DNA from: Felis catus
Taxonomy: Eukaryota
Direction of reading: 5' to 3'
Assembly (NCBI RefSeq): GCF_018350175.1
Contig: NC_058383.1
Location: 30,010,001 to 30,074,000, forward strand
Length of the DNA: 64,000 bases
Positions within the stretch are counted from its first letter, which is position 1, and every line of letters begins with the position of its first letter. The position numbers and the translations under genes were made by a program. This document shows positions 1-11,824 of this stretch, one piece after another. The notes below the pieces were generated by a model. The model ran no database searches, had not been told where the DNA came from, and saw nothing but the letters and a program-made list of their open reading frames with translations.

Positions 1-20
1 CATAACAGAGTGGACTAATT

Positions 21-184
21 CAGTGGTTCTCTAAGGGTAGTTCTTGGGCCAGCACCTTGAACCAATTAGAAATGCAAATTCTTAGACCCTTTCTAGAACC
101 ACTGAGGCAGAAACTTAAGAGATGGTACCCAGAAATTTCAAGCCCGTAGGGTGATTCTGATGTACATGAAAGCTAGGTAACTAT
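21..184. mobile_element. MER5A-like hAT-Charlie MITE
   Basis: CAGTGGTTCTC terminus, TTAGAAATGCAAATTCT core and GGTGATTCTGATG motif. Confidence 0.7.
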
Positions 185-189
185 ACCGT

Positions 190-400
190 ACTTCTCATTT
201 GGAGGTGATTGTCTCCCCCAGGAGACATTTAGCAGGGTCTGGAGACATTTTTGGATGTCCCAGCTGGGGCAGAGGGTGCTGTGGGCATCTAGTGAGTAGA
301 GGTCAGGGTTGCTGCTAAACATCCCGTAATGCCCAGGAAATTCTACCAATGAGGAATTTCCTATCCCAAATCATCAATAGTGCTGTGACTGAGAAACTTT
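190..400. mobile_element. MER20-like hAT-Charlie MITE
   Basis: CCCCCAGGAGACATTT..GTCTGGAGACATTTTTGG..GGCATCTAGTGAGTAGAGG..GCTGCTAAACATCC..GAGAAAC. Confidence 0.8.
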
Positions 401-769
401 ACACCTGACTAATCGATCTTGGCCTGATTGTCATCATGGTTAGGCCAATGGAGCTATGCTTGAGAGACCAAAAGTGTCTTAAAACCATGACGTATATTGG
501 CCTCTGGTTGACTAGCCTGACTTCGATTTGCCAATACCCAGAGATCTTCTCCAGGCTGCCCGTGGCCTTACTAATGATACGTGAAATGGATATCAAATTG
601 TTGTCAGAGTTGGTGGTGGCATCTAGCTCAAAAAACCAGGGCATCCTGAGTCAACTGTGTGGGGCTTATATTTGGTGCCCACTGCCTTGTCTCTCTCAAC
701 ACCAGGACTTTAAACTCTCTGCCGGATGCTAAGATTCCAACCCTCCTGCATATCTAGTTCTTTGTTAAT

Positions 770-1030
770 GTGGCAGTATAGCGTCATGGTCAACAACACC
801 ATTTGGGGAGCCGTATTTTAACGTCACCGTTTCTTAGCAGTGTGATGTGAGGCACACTCCTCACTTTCCTGAGCCTCAGTTTCCCCATCTGGAAGAGAAG
901 AGTGACAACAATAGCAGTACTTTCCTCTTAGCATTTTAGGAGGATCAAATTGGACGATGCCTATCAAACTCTTAGAATAGTCCCAGACCCATAGAAAATG
1001 CAGGCCCCCACTGCTAGCTGTAATTATTAT
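770..1030 (+). mobile_element. MIR SINE
   Basis: core CTGAGCCTCAGTTTCCCCATCTG followed by AGGATCAAAT. Confidence 0.7.
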
Positions 1031-2367
1031 GAATATTCTGTACTGCTTCTTTAAGTCTTTCTTCTTTAAAATAGCAAGTCTGCCCCTTCCGTTCTCAGTA
1101 GGAATGCCTCATGCTCACCTTTTTGGACTCATGCCAGCTCTGGTCTCCTCTGTCTCACCTCTAATACGCCCAGCGATGAATTGCATCAAACATACCCTGC
1201 TTCTTAGACTTTCCCGTGGCTCTGGAAGTTTGGTGTCATTACCAATGGGGATGGGACGGTTGTCTGGCACTATGCTAGCTGCCTCAAATCTCAAGGAATG
1301 CATTTTGAATGATGGGTTATCAGCCTCAGGGAAGATATTTTTCAGGCAAGGGATGGCTTTGCCCCTCATGGGCAGGCTCTTACTGCAGCTTTCATAAGGT
1401 CAGCCTAGCCCCAGTTAATACGGCTTTCAAAATAATAAAGGGAAGAATAAAAATGTGTCTGCTTTCATTAACGTCTGACCCTTGCCTGCATATTAGAATA
1501 CGTATAAATCAGCACCACATAGAAAGATGGCTGGCCTCCAGGTCAAGCTAGGTACAAGGGAGGGGAGTGGGGCTCCTCATTAATGGTCCAGGAAGCAAAT
1601 GGGGTCAACATCATTAATAGTAGAGCATCTCCAATTTATCTTCAGATGATCAAACTGCTGAGGGAGGGGCCGGTGGGGAAAGCTCTGAACGTATCATTAG
1701 GATAAAAACTGTTCAAAGTTCTTTTCCTTCTGTGTAGCTTCAGAAATATGCCAAAGGTCTCTCAGGAGGCTCTCAGATCATACCTGATGCTCCAAATTCT
1801 CTTTCTGGCTTTGCATCTGAGCATCACAATGGGAAATGTCCTTTTTGTCAAAATGAAAAAAAAAATGGAGAAACCTCACACCGATACTGATACAGGCCTC
1901 TAGCTAACAGCGCCCCCTCATCTCATAGGCAATTATTGGAAAGCAGTTTGAGCAGTTGTCAGATTCCAAGGCTGGGTAAGAAGAGAGTCAGGGGGGTTCA
2001 AACATTAGGGGAGTTCCTGTCGGGTTTGTTGCTGTTTCAGGCCTCTGCTTCGGGGCCACAGAGCATTTCCTGGGGTTTGTGTGGGCTTCATGTAAAAATA
2101 ATAAAGTCAACAGCTAGCCTCCCTCCTTCAGAGGGAGTTATTTCTTGAATGTTTTTTATGAGCTGCCCTAGGAGGAGAGCACTGATGGATGAAGCCTTCC
2201 ATTTCAAAGGTTTGTTTCGTTTTTCAGGGAGAAGTGATATTTTGGTGATTCATCCCAATAACAGTTGTAGAGAGAAATGTGCTAAAGGTTAAAAGCATTA
2301 AACGTAAGGAGCATGAAACAGTTAAATGGCAAACAGTATAATACTGAGCCCTATACTGGCCACAAAG

Positions 2368-2435
2368 ATGGTTGTTCTCAACCTTGGTTGTGCATTTGAA
2401 TTATCCCTGGCATTCAGAAACAATCTAATAAAAAA

Positions 2436-2488
<53 letters not shown>

Positions 2489-2603
2489 CAGTGGCAAATC
2501 CCAGGCTAATTAAACCAGAAACTCTGGGGATTCTCCCAGACATCTTTAGTGTTTAAAGTTCCCCAGGGGGTTTCATTGTGAGCTTAGGGTGGAAAACCAC
2601 TGT
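2368..2603. mobile_element. MER5A-like MITE interrupted by an (AC)25 microsatellite
   Basis: GTTCTCAACCTTGGTTGTGCATT start and GAAAACCACTG end. Confidence 0.65.
2437..2486. repeat. (AC)25 microsatellite
   Basis: perfect dinucleotide run. Confidence 0.98.
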
Positions 2604-3150
2604 CCTAAACCAACAGAGTTGACAAGGACATAATTTGCTCCCTTGAGAAAGTAAATGGAGACAATCATGTAAATAAATGCATGTGATACAAGATATTAAA
2701 TGCATTGATGGTAACGCATACAAGGTATGGGCACTGGAGAGAATGGAATGACTACTTTTCCTTGGGAGGATCAGGGAAAACTTCGTGGAAGAGGCGACAT
2801 CAGTGATTTTGAAGAAGATAGAGGATTTGATCAACTTGGGAGGTGGGAAGAAGTTGGGGGAAGGGAAGCACAGGTGCCATAAATCCAGGTAGAGGAAAGC
2901 CAAGAGATGTCCAAGATTTCCAGCCCCTAACTATTAGATAAAACAGTTGGTGCAGAATGGTCACATCCAACCTGAAAGACGCTCTTGACTGATAAGAAAT
3001 CAGTGGCCAGCAAAATTCCCTTTTCTCTTAAGTGGAGGTCATAGAGCTGGAGGTGAGAACTGGAGGGCGGTACATATTCAGAGATGTCCTTCTCAGATGG
3101 AGGTGACAGAGAGGACATTGAATGACATCCAACTTTTGGCACTTTTCGTA

Positions 3151-4616
3151 TTTTTTTTTAATTTAATTTATTTTATTTTATTTTATTTTATTTTATTTTA
3201 TTTTATTTTATTTTATTTTATTTTATTTTATTTTATTTTCAATATATGAAATTTATTGTCAAATTGGTTTCCATACAACACCCAGTGCTCATCCCAAAAG
3301 GTGCCCTCCTCAATACCCATCACCCACCCTCCCCGCCCTCCCACCCCCCATCAACCCTCAGTTCTCAGTTTTTAACAGTCTCTTATGCTTTGGCTCTCTC
3401 CCACTCTAACCTCTTTTTTTTTTCTTCCCCTCCCCCATGGGTTTCTGTTAAGTTTCTCAGGATCCACATAAGAGTCAAAACATATGGTATCTGTCTTTCT
3501 CTGTATGGCTTATTTCACTTAGCATCACACTCTCCAGTTCCATCCACGTTGCTACAAAAGGCCATATTTCATTTTTTTCTCATTGCCACGTAATATTCCA
3601 TTGTGTATATAAACCACAATTTCTTTATCCATTCCTCAGTTGATGGACATTTAGGCTCTTTCCATCATTTGGCTATTGTTGAGAGTGCTGCTATGAACAT
3701 TGGGGTACAAGTGGCCCTATGCATCAGTACTCCTGTATCCCATGGATAAATTCCTAGCAGTGCTATTGCTGGGTCATAGGGTAGGTCTATTTAATTTTCT
3801 GAGGAACCTCCACACTGTTTTCCAGAGTGGCTGCACCAGTTTGCATTCCCACCAACAGTGCAAGAGGGTTCCCGTTTCTCCACATCCTCTCCAGCCTCTA
3901 TAGTCTCCTGATTTGTTCATTTTGGCCACTCTGACTGGCGTGAGGTGATATCTGAGTGTGGTTTTGGTTTGTATTTCCCTGATCAGGAGCAACGTTGAGC
4001 ATCTTTTCATGTGCCTGTTGGCCATCCGGATGTCTTCTTTAGAGAAGTGTCTATTCATGTTTTCTGCCCATTTCTTCACTGGGTTATTTGTTTTTTGGGT
4101 ATGGAGTTTGGTGAGCTCTTTATAGATTTTGGATACTAGCCCTTTGTCCGATATGTCATTTGCAAATATCTTTTTCCATTCCGTTGGTTGCCTTTTAGTT
4201 TTGTTGGTTGTTTCCTTTGCTGTGAAGAAGCTTTTTATCTTCATAAGGTCCCAGTAATTCATTTTTGCTTTTAATTCCCTTGCCTTTGGGGATGTGTCGA
4301 GTAAGAGATTGCTAGGGCTGAGGTCAGAGAGGTCTTTTCCTGCTTTCTCCTCTAGGGTTTTGATGGTTTCCTGTCTCACATTCAGGTCCTTTATCCATTT
4401 TGAGTTTATTTTTGTGAATGGTGTGAGAAAGTGGTCTAGTTTCAACCTTCTGCATGTTGCTGTCCAGTTCTCCCAGCACCATTTGTTAAAGAGACTGTCT
4501 TTTTTCCATTGGATGTTCTTCCCTGCTTTGTCAAAGACTACTTGGCCATACGTTTGTGGGTCTAGTTCTGGGGTTTCTTTTCTATTCCATTGGTCTGTGT
4601 GTCTGTTTTTGTGCCA
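3151..4616 (-). mobile_element. Young felid LINE-1 (L1_Fc-like), 5'-truncated: ORF2 C-terminus, 3'UTR and (TAAAA)n tail
   Basis: ORF 3774-4445 is typical L1 ORF2 C-terminus ([21 protein letters not shown]...[20 protein letters not shown]), frameshifted near its end; perfect TSD ACTTTTCGTATTTTTTT at 3141-3157 and 4617-4633. Confidence 0.95.
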
Positions 4617-4639
4617 ACTTTTCGTATTTTTTTAAAGTG

Positions 4640-5160
4640 TTTTTTGTGTTTGGATTTTTTTAGCATTTAAAGAACTCCGTGTGACTTCAAACCAAGACAC
4701 GAGCCCCCTCCCTCTGCCCCTAATCTTTTCTTGGCTCTTCTGGTGAAGAATTTGACTGTCATCATAACAATGGGCTTTAGGAATTTTCTCTTCCCCAGGA
4801 CGTTTGGGTGGCCCCATTGTACTGCATCAATGATAGGGGCATCTCCAGTTGTGTTTATCCACATGTGATAGCATGTATCCATGTCTGCTCACTGATCAAG
4901 TTCCACAACTTGTTGAGGTAGACATAACCTCATTGGTTCTCAGGTGGGCAGAAATTCTGGGGTTCTTTTAAGTAGCAAGGCCTCATACTAACCTTGCCAA
5001 AGTAACCTGGCTGGTATTTGTCAAAGTTGACCCTGTGTTGATGTCTGCCACTAACACTACTCTGGCCTCCTGGGTGCTTCTGGTGCTTATAGAGATGGCC
5101 ATAACCATGGCTCCCACGGCCCTGAAGTTGGGGGTCTTCTTCAGTCTGGATGGCATGTCC
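4640..5160 (-). pseudogene. RPL27A: Processed pseudogene of 60S ribosomal protein L27a (uL15)
   Basis: ATG at 5156 gives MPSRLKKT; the shifted frame gives SHGYGHLYKHQKHPGG..HRVNFDKYQPGYFGKVSMR; later TGDAPIIDAV..VLGK..KFFTRRA; TGA at 4687-4689; short 3'UTR and A-rich tail; no introns; frameshifts and small insertions. Confidence 0.93.
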
Positions 5161-5699
5161 GTGACCGATATAAATGAGATACTACTATTTCTGAAGCCAT
5201 AACAGTGGATGGATGAGTGGGTGGGCGTCATAGCTCAGAGAAACAAAGACAGCTAGGGTTCTCGAGGTACAGCTTATGAGGAATTGGCACTTAGTGCAAA
5301 GGTTGAAGGCATGATGTGAATTTGGCCAGGGACTTTCATGTTTAGAAACACTGCTTGAAGTCCACACCAGTCAAACCGTATGCCCTTTGCCAGTTGGATT
5401 GTGAACGTGCTTCTCTATCATCTGACTCTCAGCCATTACCAGTTAATGATGGAGGTACCCATGACCATGCTTCAACTAATGCTCCAACCACAATAAATTT
5501 TAAAAAATTATTAAAGGTTTACTAGGTCATAAATGGGTTCATTCTTTTAAGATATCTTTGATTATTTTCTGCCACTGACACTCCATTTCTTTTGTTCTTA
5601 ATACTCATCAAATGTTCTACTCACATCTTGGTTTGTTCGGGTAATAGGGTATTAATTTGAAAAGTTTATGGAGACATTTCTTTTCAACCTTGTTTGTGG

Positions 5700-6735
5700 T
5701 AAATCATGTCCTTAGGAGAGAGCTTTGGAGTATTACAGAAGAAACGTCCCACCTTGGAAAAGAGAAGTGTGTGGAACAGAAAGCACCATTTTGAGAAGGA
5801 AGAAGTAGGTGAAGGCCCATTCCTGCTGTTTTGGGTGAGGCAGGAAGGAACAGATTAGCAACTCAATGGAGCAGATGGTGAGACCTCTGGGCTAAAGTGG
5901 AGGGAGGGGAAACCATCAGGATAGGTGAAAATCGAAGAGGGTTTTTCCTTTCTTGTTTCCTATGAGGGGTCGGAGAAGAGAGGGATTTATGAGATGTCCC
6001 CTACATCAACATGGGTGGCTACTTCAGAACATCGTCAGAGGCATGCTGTGGTTAGCGTAAGAGTCTGAGACAACATCCTAAGCCTCCCTTCACTCTTGTG
6101 GGGGCTGGAAAAAGCCAGAATTTCTTCTGAATTCCTAAGGGATCCAGATGTTAAGTCTGAGAATGACTAAGGGAGCTTGCCTTAGGGGTTCCTGCTCCAA
6201 GGGCAAATGATCATGGTAGGGTGCTGCAGGGTGGCCACCTCGCCCTGGGGTTGAAAGAGAGTGGAATATGCAGCTTGAGAAGAAACACGGATGGACCTAT
6301 CACAGGCCTTGTCTGGGCTGGGAGGACAGAGGCCTCATGGTTAGCAGTCACTGGCTTCCACACTGCCCACTACCAAGCAGGGTGCCCAGAAACCAGGCAG
6401 CAAGGGACATCGCCATGGAGACCAGAGGAGCATGGATTCAGTGGATGGGCTTGAGTGGATAGATCCGAGGCCCCTCCCTTCCCTGCTCCCTGATCCCCAT
6501 TCAATACCCAAAGGAGAGAAAGCATAAAGAGAGGGAGAAGGAAATCAGGAGAGGCTGGCTTACCTTAAGAGATGATTTGAAGTATTGCATCAGACTGAGT
6601 AAACTTGCCTAAATTAGATTTGTGTTTTACCCCCACTACTCCCCAGGATGAGGATTTGTGAAGGTTATCGGGTTAATTCAGGAAATATAAATGATGCATT
6701 TTCTTGGAAATCTGAGTACAATGTGCATACTCACC
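5700..6735 (+). mobile_element. Possible ancient LTR remnant (Gypsy-like or ERVL class, unassigned)
   Basis: GCACCATTTTG near the start, purine-rich body, ATAAA..ATCTGAGT near the end; visual resemblance only. Confidence 0.3.
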
Positions 6736-6744
6736 ACCCTACTC

Positions 6745-7143
6745 TTATTAGTTTCCTGGACCGTCGCAACAAATCACCACAGACTGAGTGGTTCAAAATA
6801 GCAGAAATTTATACTCTCATGGTGCAGGAGGCCAGAAGTCTGAAATCAAAGTGTCAAGAGGGTTTATTCCTTCTGGAGCCTCTGAGGAACCTTCTAGTGG
6901 TTATCAGCCATCCTGGGTGTTTCTTGACATGTAGACGTAGCACTCCAAACTCAGCTCAGGGTTCTGTGTGTGTCTCTGTATCTCTTCATCTTTTCTTGTA
7001 AAGATATCAGGTGTTGGATTCAGGGCCCACCCTAATTCATCATGACCTCATCTTAAATAATTTTATGTGAAAAGACCTCTTTCCAAACATTCTGAGGCTC
7101 GGGGAAGACATGATTGTTTGGGGATGCCATTCAGCACACTACA
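6745..7143 (-). mobile_element. MaLR solo LTR (MLT1B/C-like)
   Basis: ACAAATCACCACAGACTGAGTGG..AGGCCAGAAGTCTGAAATCAAAGTGTC..CAGCACACTACA. Confidence 0.8.
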
Positions 7144-7150
7144 GCAACAG

Positions 7151-7360
7151 TATTTTTTTTTTATTTTTTTAAGCTTATTTATTTATTTTGAGAGACAGAG
7201 CACATGAGTGGGGGAGGAGCAAAGAGAGAGAGACAGAGAGAGAATCCCAAGCCAGCTCTGTTCTGTCAGCACAGAGCCCGATGTGGGGCTTGAACTCATG
7301 AACTAAGGGAGTCAAAATCAAGAGTCAGAGTCTTAACCAACTGAGCCACCCAGGTGCCCC
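7151..7360 (-). mobile_element. Can-SINE
   Basis: reverse GGGGCACCTGGGTGGCTCAGT head, (CT)n segment, poly-T tail. Confidence 0.93.
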
Positions 7361-8351
7361 AGTACTACTTACTTATTTCTCTTTCACTACCTCCCTCTAT
7401 GAGGACAGTGACCAGGTTGGTTTAATTTACCATATTTGGCCCCTCACACAGAGCATGTTCCTAGCTTGTATTTATTCACTTAGTGAAAAAATGGATACAC
7501 TCAACCAGTTACAACTTTGGCTCCTTCCCTATAATCCTCCCACCCATCCTAGACATACCTCTTTAATCCATCTTGGGGAAGATACTTCCTCTGCCCCCAT
7601 TACCTGGGACCTGTATTCCCAACTTCCTCCCCTCCCTTGCAGGGGATTTCTCCAGTAATATGGCATCAATCTTATGAGCAATTTTCCCAAATTTGTTCCC
7701 TTATGCTTCTAAATAGAGGGTGGTTACTGAACCTTCATTCTGCCCCACCCCCCACAGCATTTGTCAAGAAGGAGAGGATTCCTGCCTCTGTGCAAACACA
7801 GAGGACATTTATTCCTTGCCTTGCATGGCTTGCAGAGGCTCAAGCTCTGTCCACCCTTCCCTGACCCTCCATTAGCTCTGCTGTTTATCTGAGTTGAGGA
7901 TTAGCCTGGGCAAGACACCTCTTCTGTAGGAGAGAATGTCTCCATGCAGAATTTTGGAGGGCTTTTGATCAGCATGCCATGTAATTAGAAGATAAAATAG
8001 GTCACAGGCAACTGATGGAAAACGAAAAAAAAATAGGTTTTTCAGTAGTCAGAGGCATTGTCCTTCATTTATTGTATGACAGTGGTTACTTCTTATGGGC
8101 TATTTTGATGTATGCTTGCAACAAAAGAGATTACCTAGACATCCTTGGTCAGATATTTAGGACCTGCAGACTAAATTCAATTCAGAAGCCAAAAGTGCTC
8201 TCAAAAATGTAGTGCCCCCAAGAAACTACATTTTTTCCTATAACAATTACACTCCTACCCCAGATCTACATGTGGTCAAATTAGATCCTTCTCCCATCTC
8301 CAACTTTGCCAGTCTACTCTAAGCCACCTCTCTCTAAAATGCTCCTACCTT

Positions 8352-8587
8352 GGGGCACCTGGGTGGCTTAGTCGGTTAAGCATCCCACCTCAGCCCAGGT
8401 CATGATCTCACGGTTCATGAGTTCAAGCCCCGTGTCGGGCTCTGTGCTGACATCTCGGAGACTGGAGCCTACTTCAGATTCTCTGTCTCCCTCTCTCTCT
8501 GCCCCTCCCCCACTCATGCTCACACTCTGTCTCTGTCAAAAATAAACAAACTTAAAAAATAAAAACAAATTAAAAAAATTTAAAATT
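8352..8587 (+). mobile_element. Can-SINE (SINEC_Fc type)
   Basis: full length; 17-bp TSD TAAAATGCTCCTACCTT at 8335-8351 and 8588-8604. Confidence 0.96.
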
Positions 8588-8704
8588 TAAAATGCTCCTA
8601 CCTTATACAAAAGTAAAATGCTCCTGCTTTTCCTAAACCCAAGGGTGAAGCCCAGATAGTGGAATCACACAGACCCAATTGTACACCATATTGTATGTCT
8701 TCAA

Positions 8705-9050
8705 CCAATGCTCTCAGCCTATGCTGCATGTTAGAATTACCTGTGTAGCTTCAAATCTCTGCTACCCAAGCCTCACCCCAGAACAGTGAAATCACAACCT
8801 TTGGGGGTCAGGATCTGGGCATCAGTGTTTCTTAGAATTCCCCAGGCAGTTACAAGGTGCATCCACATGTCAGAACTGTAACCTTGGACAAGTCATTTGT
8901 CTTCCTAAGTCATTTTGCTTTTCCGTAAACAGAGGTAATTTCTATTCTCATAGAGTTTTTGTGAGGAGCAAATGGCAATTTGTGAAACACGGCTTAGCAC
9001 AGTGCCTGGCATTTACTAATCTCTCAGTATATGATAGCTGTTTCTATTTT
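8705..9050. mobile_element. MER5A-like MITE followed by a MIR fragment
   Basis: GCTGCATGTTAGAATTACCTG..GGCATCAGTGTTT; then ACCTTGGACAAGTCATTT..CTTAGCACAGTGCCTGGCA. Confidence 0.65.
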
Positions 9051-9818
9051 TAGTCTGGTATTTTTTCTCAAAAGGTTTCTTATGTCTTGTTTCCAAAATA
9101 AGATGGTAAATTCTTCTCCAGAGACTTCCTAATACATTTTGTTCCCAATTAACTAATTAAACAAGTGTTTATTATGGTACATTTCTATATGAAATACTAT
9201 AGGGAGGAGAGTTTAAAATTAGATAAGACAAGGCTACTTACCATCAAAAGCTCAACACGTAACAGGGGAAGATGATGTGATATACATGTCTCTAACACAA
9301 AACGTACTTCAGGCTGAGCTTGTTAATATACATACTCATGAATGCAGTGGACGAGAGCACAGTTGATTGTGGTTGGGGTGCTTGGAAGGCTTCCTAGAGC
9401 CTGAACTAACTGGGTTTCGTCGACTGAGTAAATCTGAGATGGACATCGCAGCACCAGGCAGACAACATACAGGGAGAAAGAACAGCTTTTGTAAAGACAA
9501 AGGGGGTGGAGAACATAGGATGTTTCCCCAGAAAAGCAAGCAATTCGGGTCTCAAGAGTGCATTCTACAAGGGACCACTATGGTGGAAAAGAATATAAGG
9601 TAGCCAGAGGCAATTTATAGATTGATTGCCTGGAAACCCAAAGTAAAGAGTTTGGACTTTTTTGGTGGGGGGAGGGTGTTTACTAGTTGTGGGCACAGGG
9701 TATTGGTTGGTAGGATCTTCTTGCTTCTTGGGGTTGAGTTGTACAAATAAAGAACCATTTTGCCTGCAGCGTCCCATGAGACCCAACCACGTGTGGTCCA
9801 TTAGAAAGCCTAGCACAT

Positions 9819-10047
9819 GGGGCACCTGGGTGGCTCAGTCGGTTAAGCAGCCGACTTCGGCTCAGGTCATGATCTCACGGTTCGTGAGTTTGAGCCCCGC
9901 GTCGAGCTCTGTGCTGACTGCTCAGAGCCCGGAGCCTGTTTCAGATTCTGTGTCTCCCTCTCTCTCTCTGACCCTCCCCCATTCATGCTCTGTCTCTCTC
10001 TGTCTCAAAAGTAAATAAATGTTAAAAAAAATTTTTTTTTTAAAAAA
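9819..10047 (+). mobile_element. Can-SINE (SINEC_Fc type)
   Basis: full length, CpGs retained; 15-bp TSD AGAAAGCCTAGCACA at 9803-9817 and 10048-10062. Confidence 0.96.
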
Positions 10048-10094
10048 AGAAAGCCTAGCACAAAAGGGTACACAATCCCCCACATGTGTCCGGG

Positions 10095-10290
10095 GTAGAC
10101 ACTGTCAAAATATGGTCCACTGACCAGCAGCATCAACATCTCCTCGGGGCCTTTTAGAAATGCACAATCTTAGACTCTCCCCCAGACCTAGTAAATGTAA
10201 GTCTGAATTTTAGCAAGATTCTCAGGGATTCATATGCACATTAACATTTGAGAAATATGCACATTAAACAGTCGAGAAACATCGGGCTAG
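10095..10290. mobile_element. MER5A-like MITE
   Basis: ACCAGCAGCATCAACATC..TTAGAAATGCA..GATTCATATGCACATTAA, with a short internal duplication at the end. Confidence 0.7.
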
Positions 10291-10676
10291 GCTCTGTGCA
10301 CCATCTTCCCCAGTCTCCATGCATCCAAGCCCTCCTCTTATCACCATAACAACTTGCATCCCGTAATAATCAATAAGGATGTTAGCAGAAAGGACAAAAG
10401 AGGCAAGTTAGCAAATATAACCTTTACACCCAATTTAGAAATGTTTTTGTTTCCGGGAGTCTCTTGAGGGGATACCAATTTCTTCTTTTGGGCACACCTC
10501 ATGTTTTAACGTATAATAATGACTTACTAACACTGGAGAAGTTACCAGTAGATCTGGACACTGTTGTGGCCAGTGACCTGATTCAGATGCCTACATGTGT
10601 TTTCCAAAGTACACCAGAAATGCTAAGGGTGCATAAATCATAATAGTCATATCCTCCTCTGACTGCCTGAAATCTT

Positions 10677-10838
10677 TTTAAATTTTTTTTCATTTTTTTT
10701 AATTCAAATACAGTTTGTGTGCATTTATTTTATTTTATTTTTCATGAAGTTTCTAAATTTTAATTCCAGGATAGTTAACATACAGTGTTATATTCATTTC
10801 AGGTGTACAATATAGTGATTCACCAATTCTATACATCA
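10677..10838 (-). mobile_element. Very short carnivore L1 3'-end insertion
   Basis: TAGTTAACATACAGTGTTATATT..CAGGTGTACAATATAGTGATTCA plus T-rich tail; 13-bp TSD TGCCTGAAATCTT at 10664-10676 and 10839-10851. Confidence 0.85.
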
Positions 10839-11577
10839 TGCCTGAAATCTTGATTGCCAGCAGAGAGTATCTTAAGTTATGCTCTATTAGAAAGAGTTAT
10901 ACAAATAACTTTCCTGAGGTGAAATTAGTATGGGCAATACCGTATATTTTCTTTCCTCTTAGAGATCGATAAGACATGCTAACATAGTTCAGGTTCTCTG
11001 GTGTCCTATAGGAAATAAGTCCGCTTAATTTACTGTTCCCACTATGTTCTACCACAGAACACACTTAATAGATGCATTAATCTCTCATGGAATGCAGTTA
11101 GAGAAATTCAGCTCTAGGAGGGAAAGGAATGAACAATATCAGGAGGCATAAAATGAACCACTAGAAATGTGCTATTCATACAGAAACAGAGGCAGAGAGG
11201 GAATTGGGCTGAGATAGAAGTGAAATCCATTGGCTTCAGACTTCTGTCAGAAAGTACTCAATTTATCCTGATCAATTCCAATTAACTAAACACCTTTTTA
11301 AGCCTCTCTAAAGTTCTGAATATGTTGTTGGTAAACGGGGAAAAAAAGTAACCCATTTCACAGGTAGAGCAATATATACCTTCCATGAGAGGATCAAAGG
11401 CTTTGTTGTTACACATACCTGTGACCCTGGGTGAGTTCTCCAGTTGTATAAGACTTTGTTTTCTCATCTCTAAAATGTGGATAATGATATCCACAAAACA
11501 GGCTTTTATGAGTGTGAATAGTTTTGATTTACTAACTGATTATATTTTAAGGAAATTTAAATGTAAGAAAAAAATCC

Positions 11578-11822
11578 TATATATATGTAACAGTGTATAT
11601 TATATGTACAGACACACACACACACATATATGGGATTTTTTTCTCACATTTTAAGTGTATGTATGCATATATATGCTGTTATATGTATATATATAATTTT
11701 TAAATTTATACGTGTGTATATGTGTGTGTATATATACACACACATATATGTACATACATACACACACACACACACATATATATGTATACACACACACACA
11801 CACACACACATACACACATATA
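11578..11822. repeat. Compound (TA)n/(CA)n/(TG)n microsatellite region
   Basis: alternating purine-pyrimidine runs. Confidence 0.9.
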
Positions 11823-11824
11823 TT

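Noticed and set aside
1905..1925. CTCF site (CAGCGCCCCCTCATCT)
   Set aside because: Only the AGGGGGCGCTG half matches on the minus strand; the conserved CC at the motif start is absent.
3774..4445. 223-aa ORF as a functional gene
   Set aside because: It is the C-terminal part of L1 ORF2 in a 5'-truncated copy, lacks the EN and RT domains, and is frameshifted at the end.
3141..5160. RPL27A-L1 template-switch chimera inserted in one event
   Set aside because: The TSD brackets only the L1, and the L1 is far less decayed than the pseudogene, so the two insertions were sequential.
8352..8440. tRNA genes at the SINE heads
   Set aside because: The A/B-box-like sequences belong to tRNA-derived Can-SINEs, followed by (CT)n and poly-A. 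There is no standalone cloverleaf.
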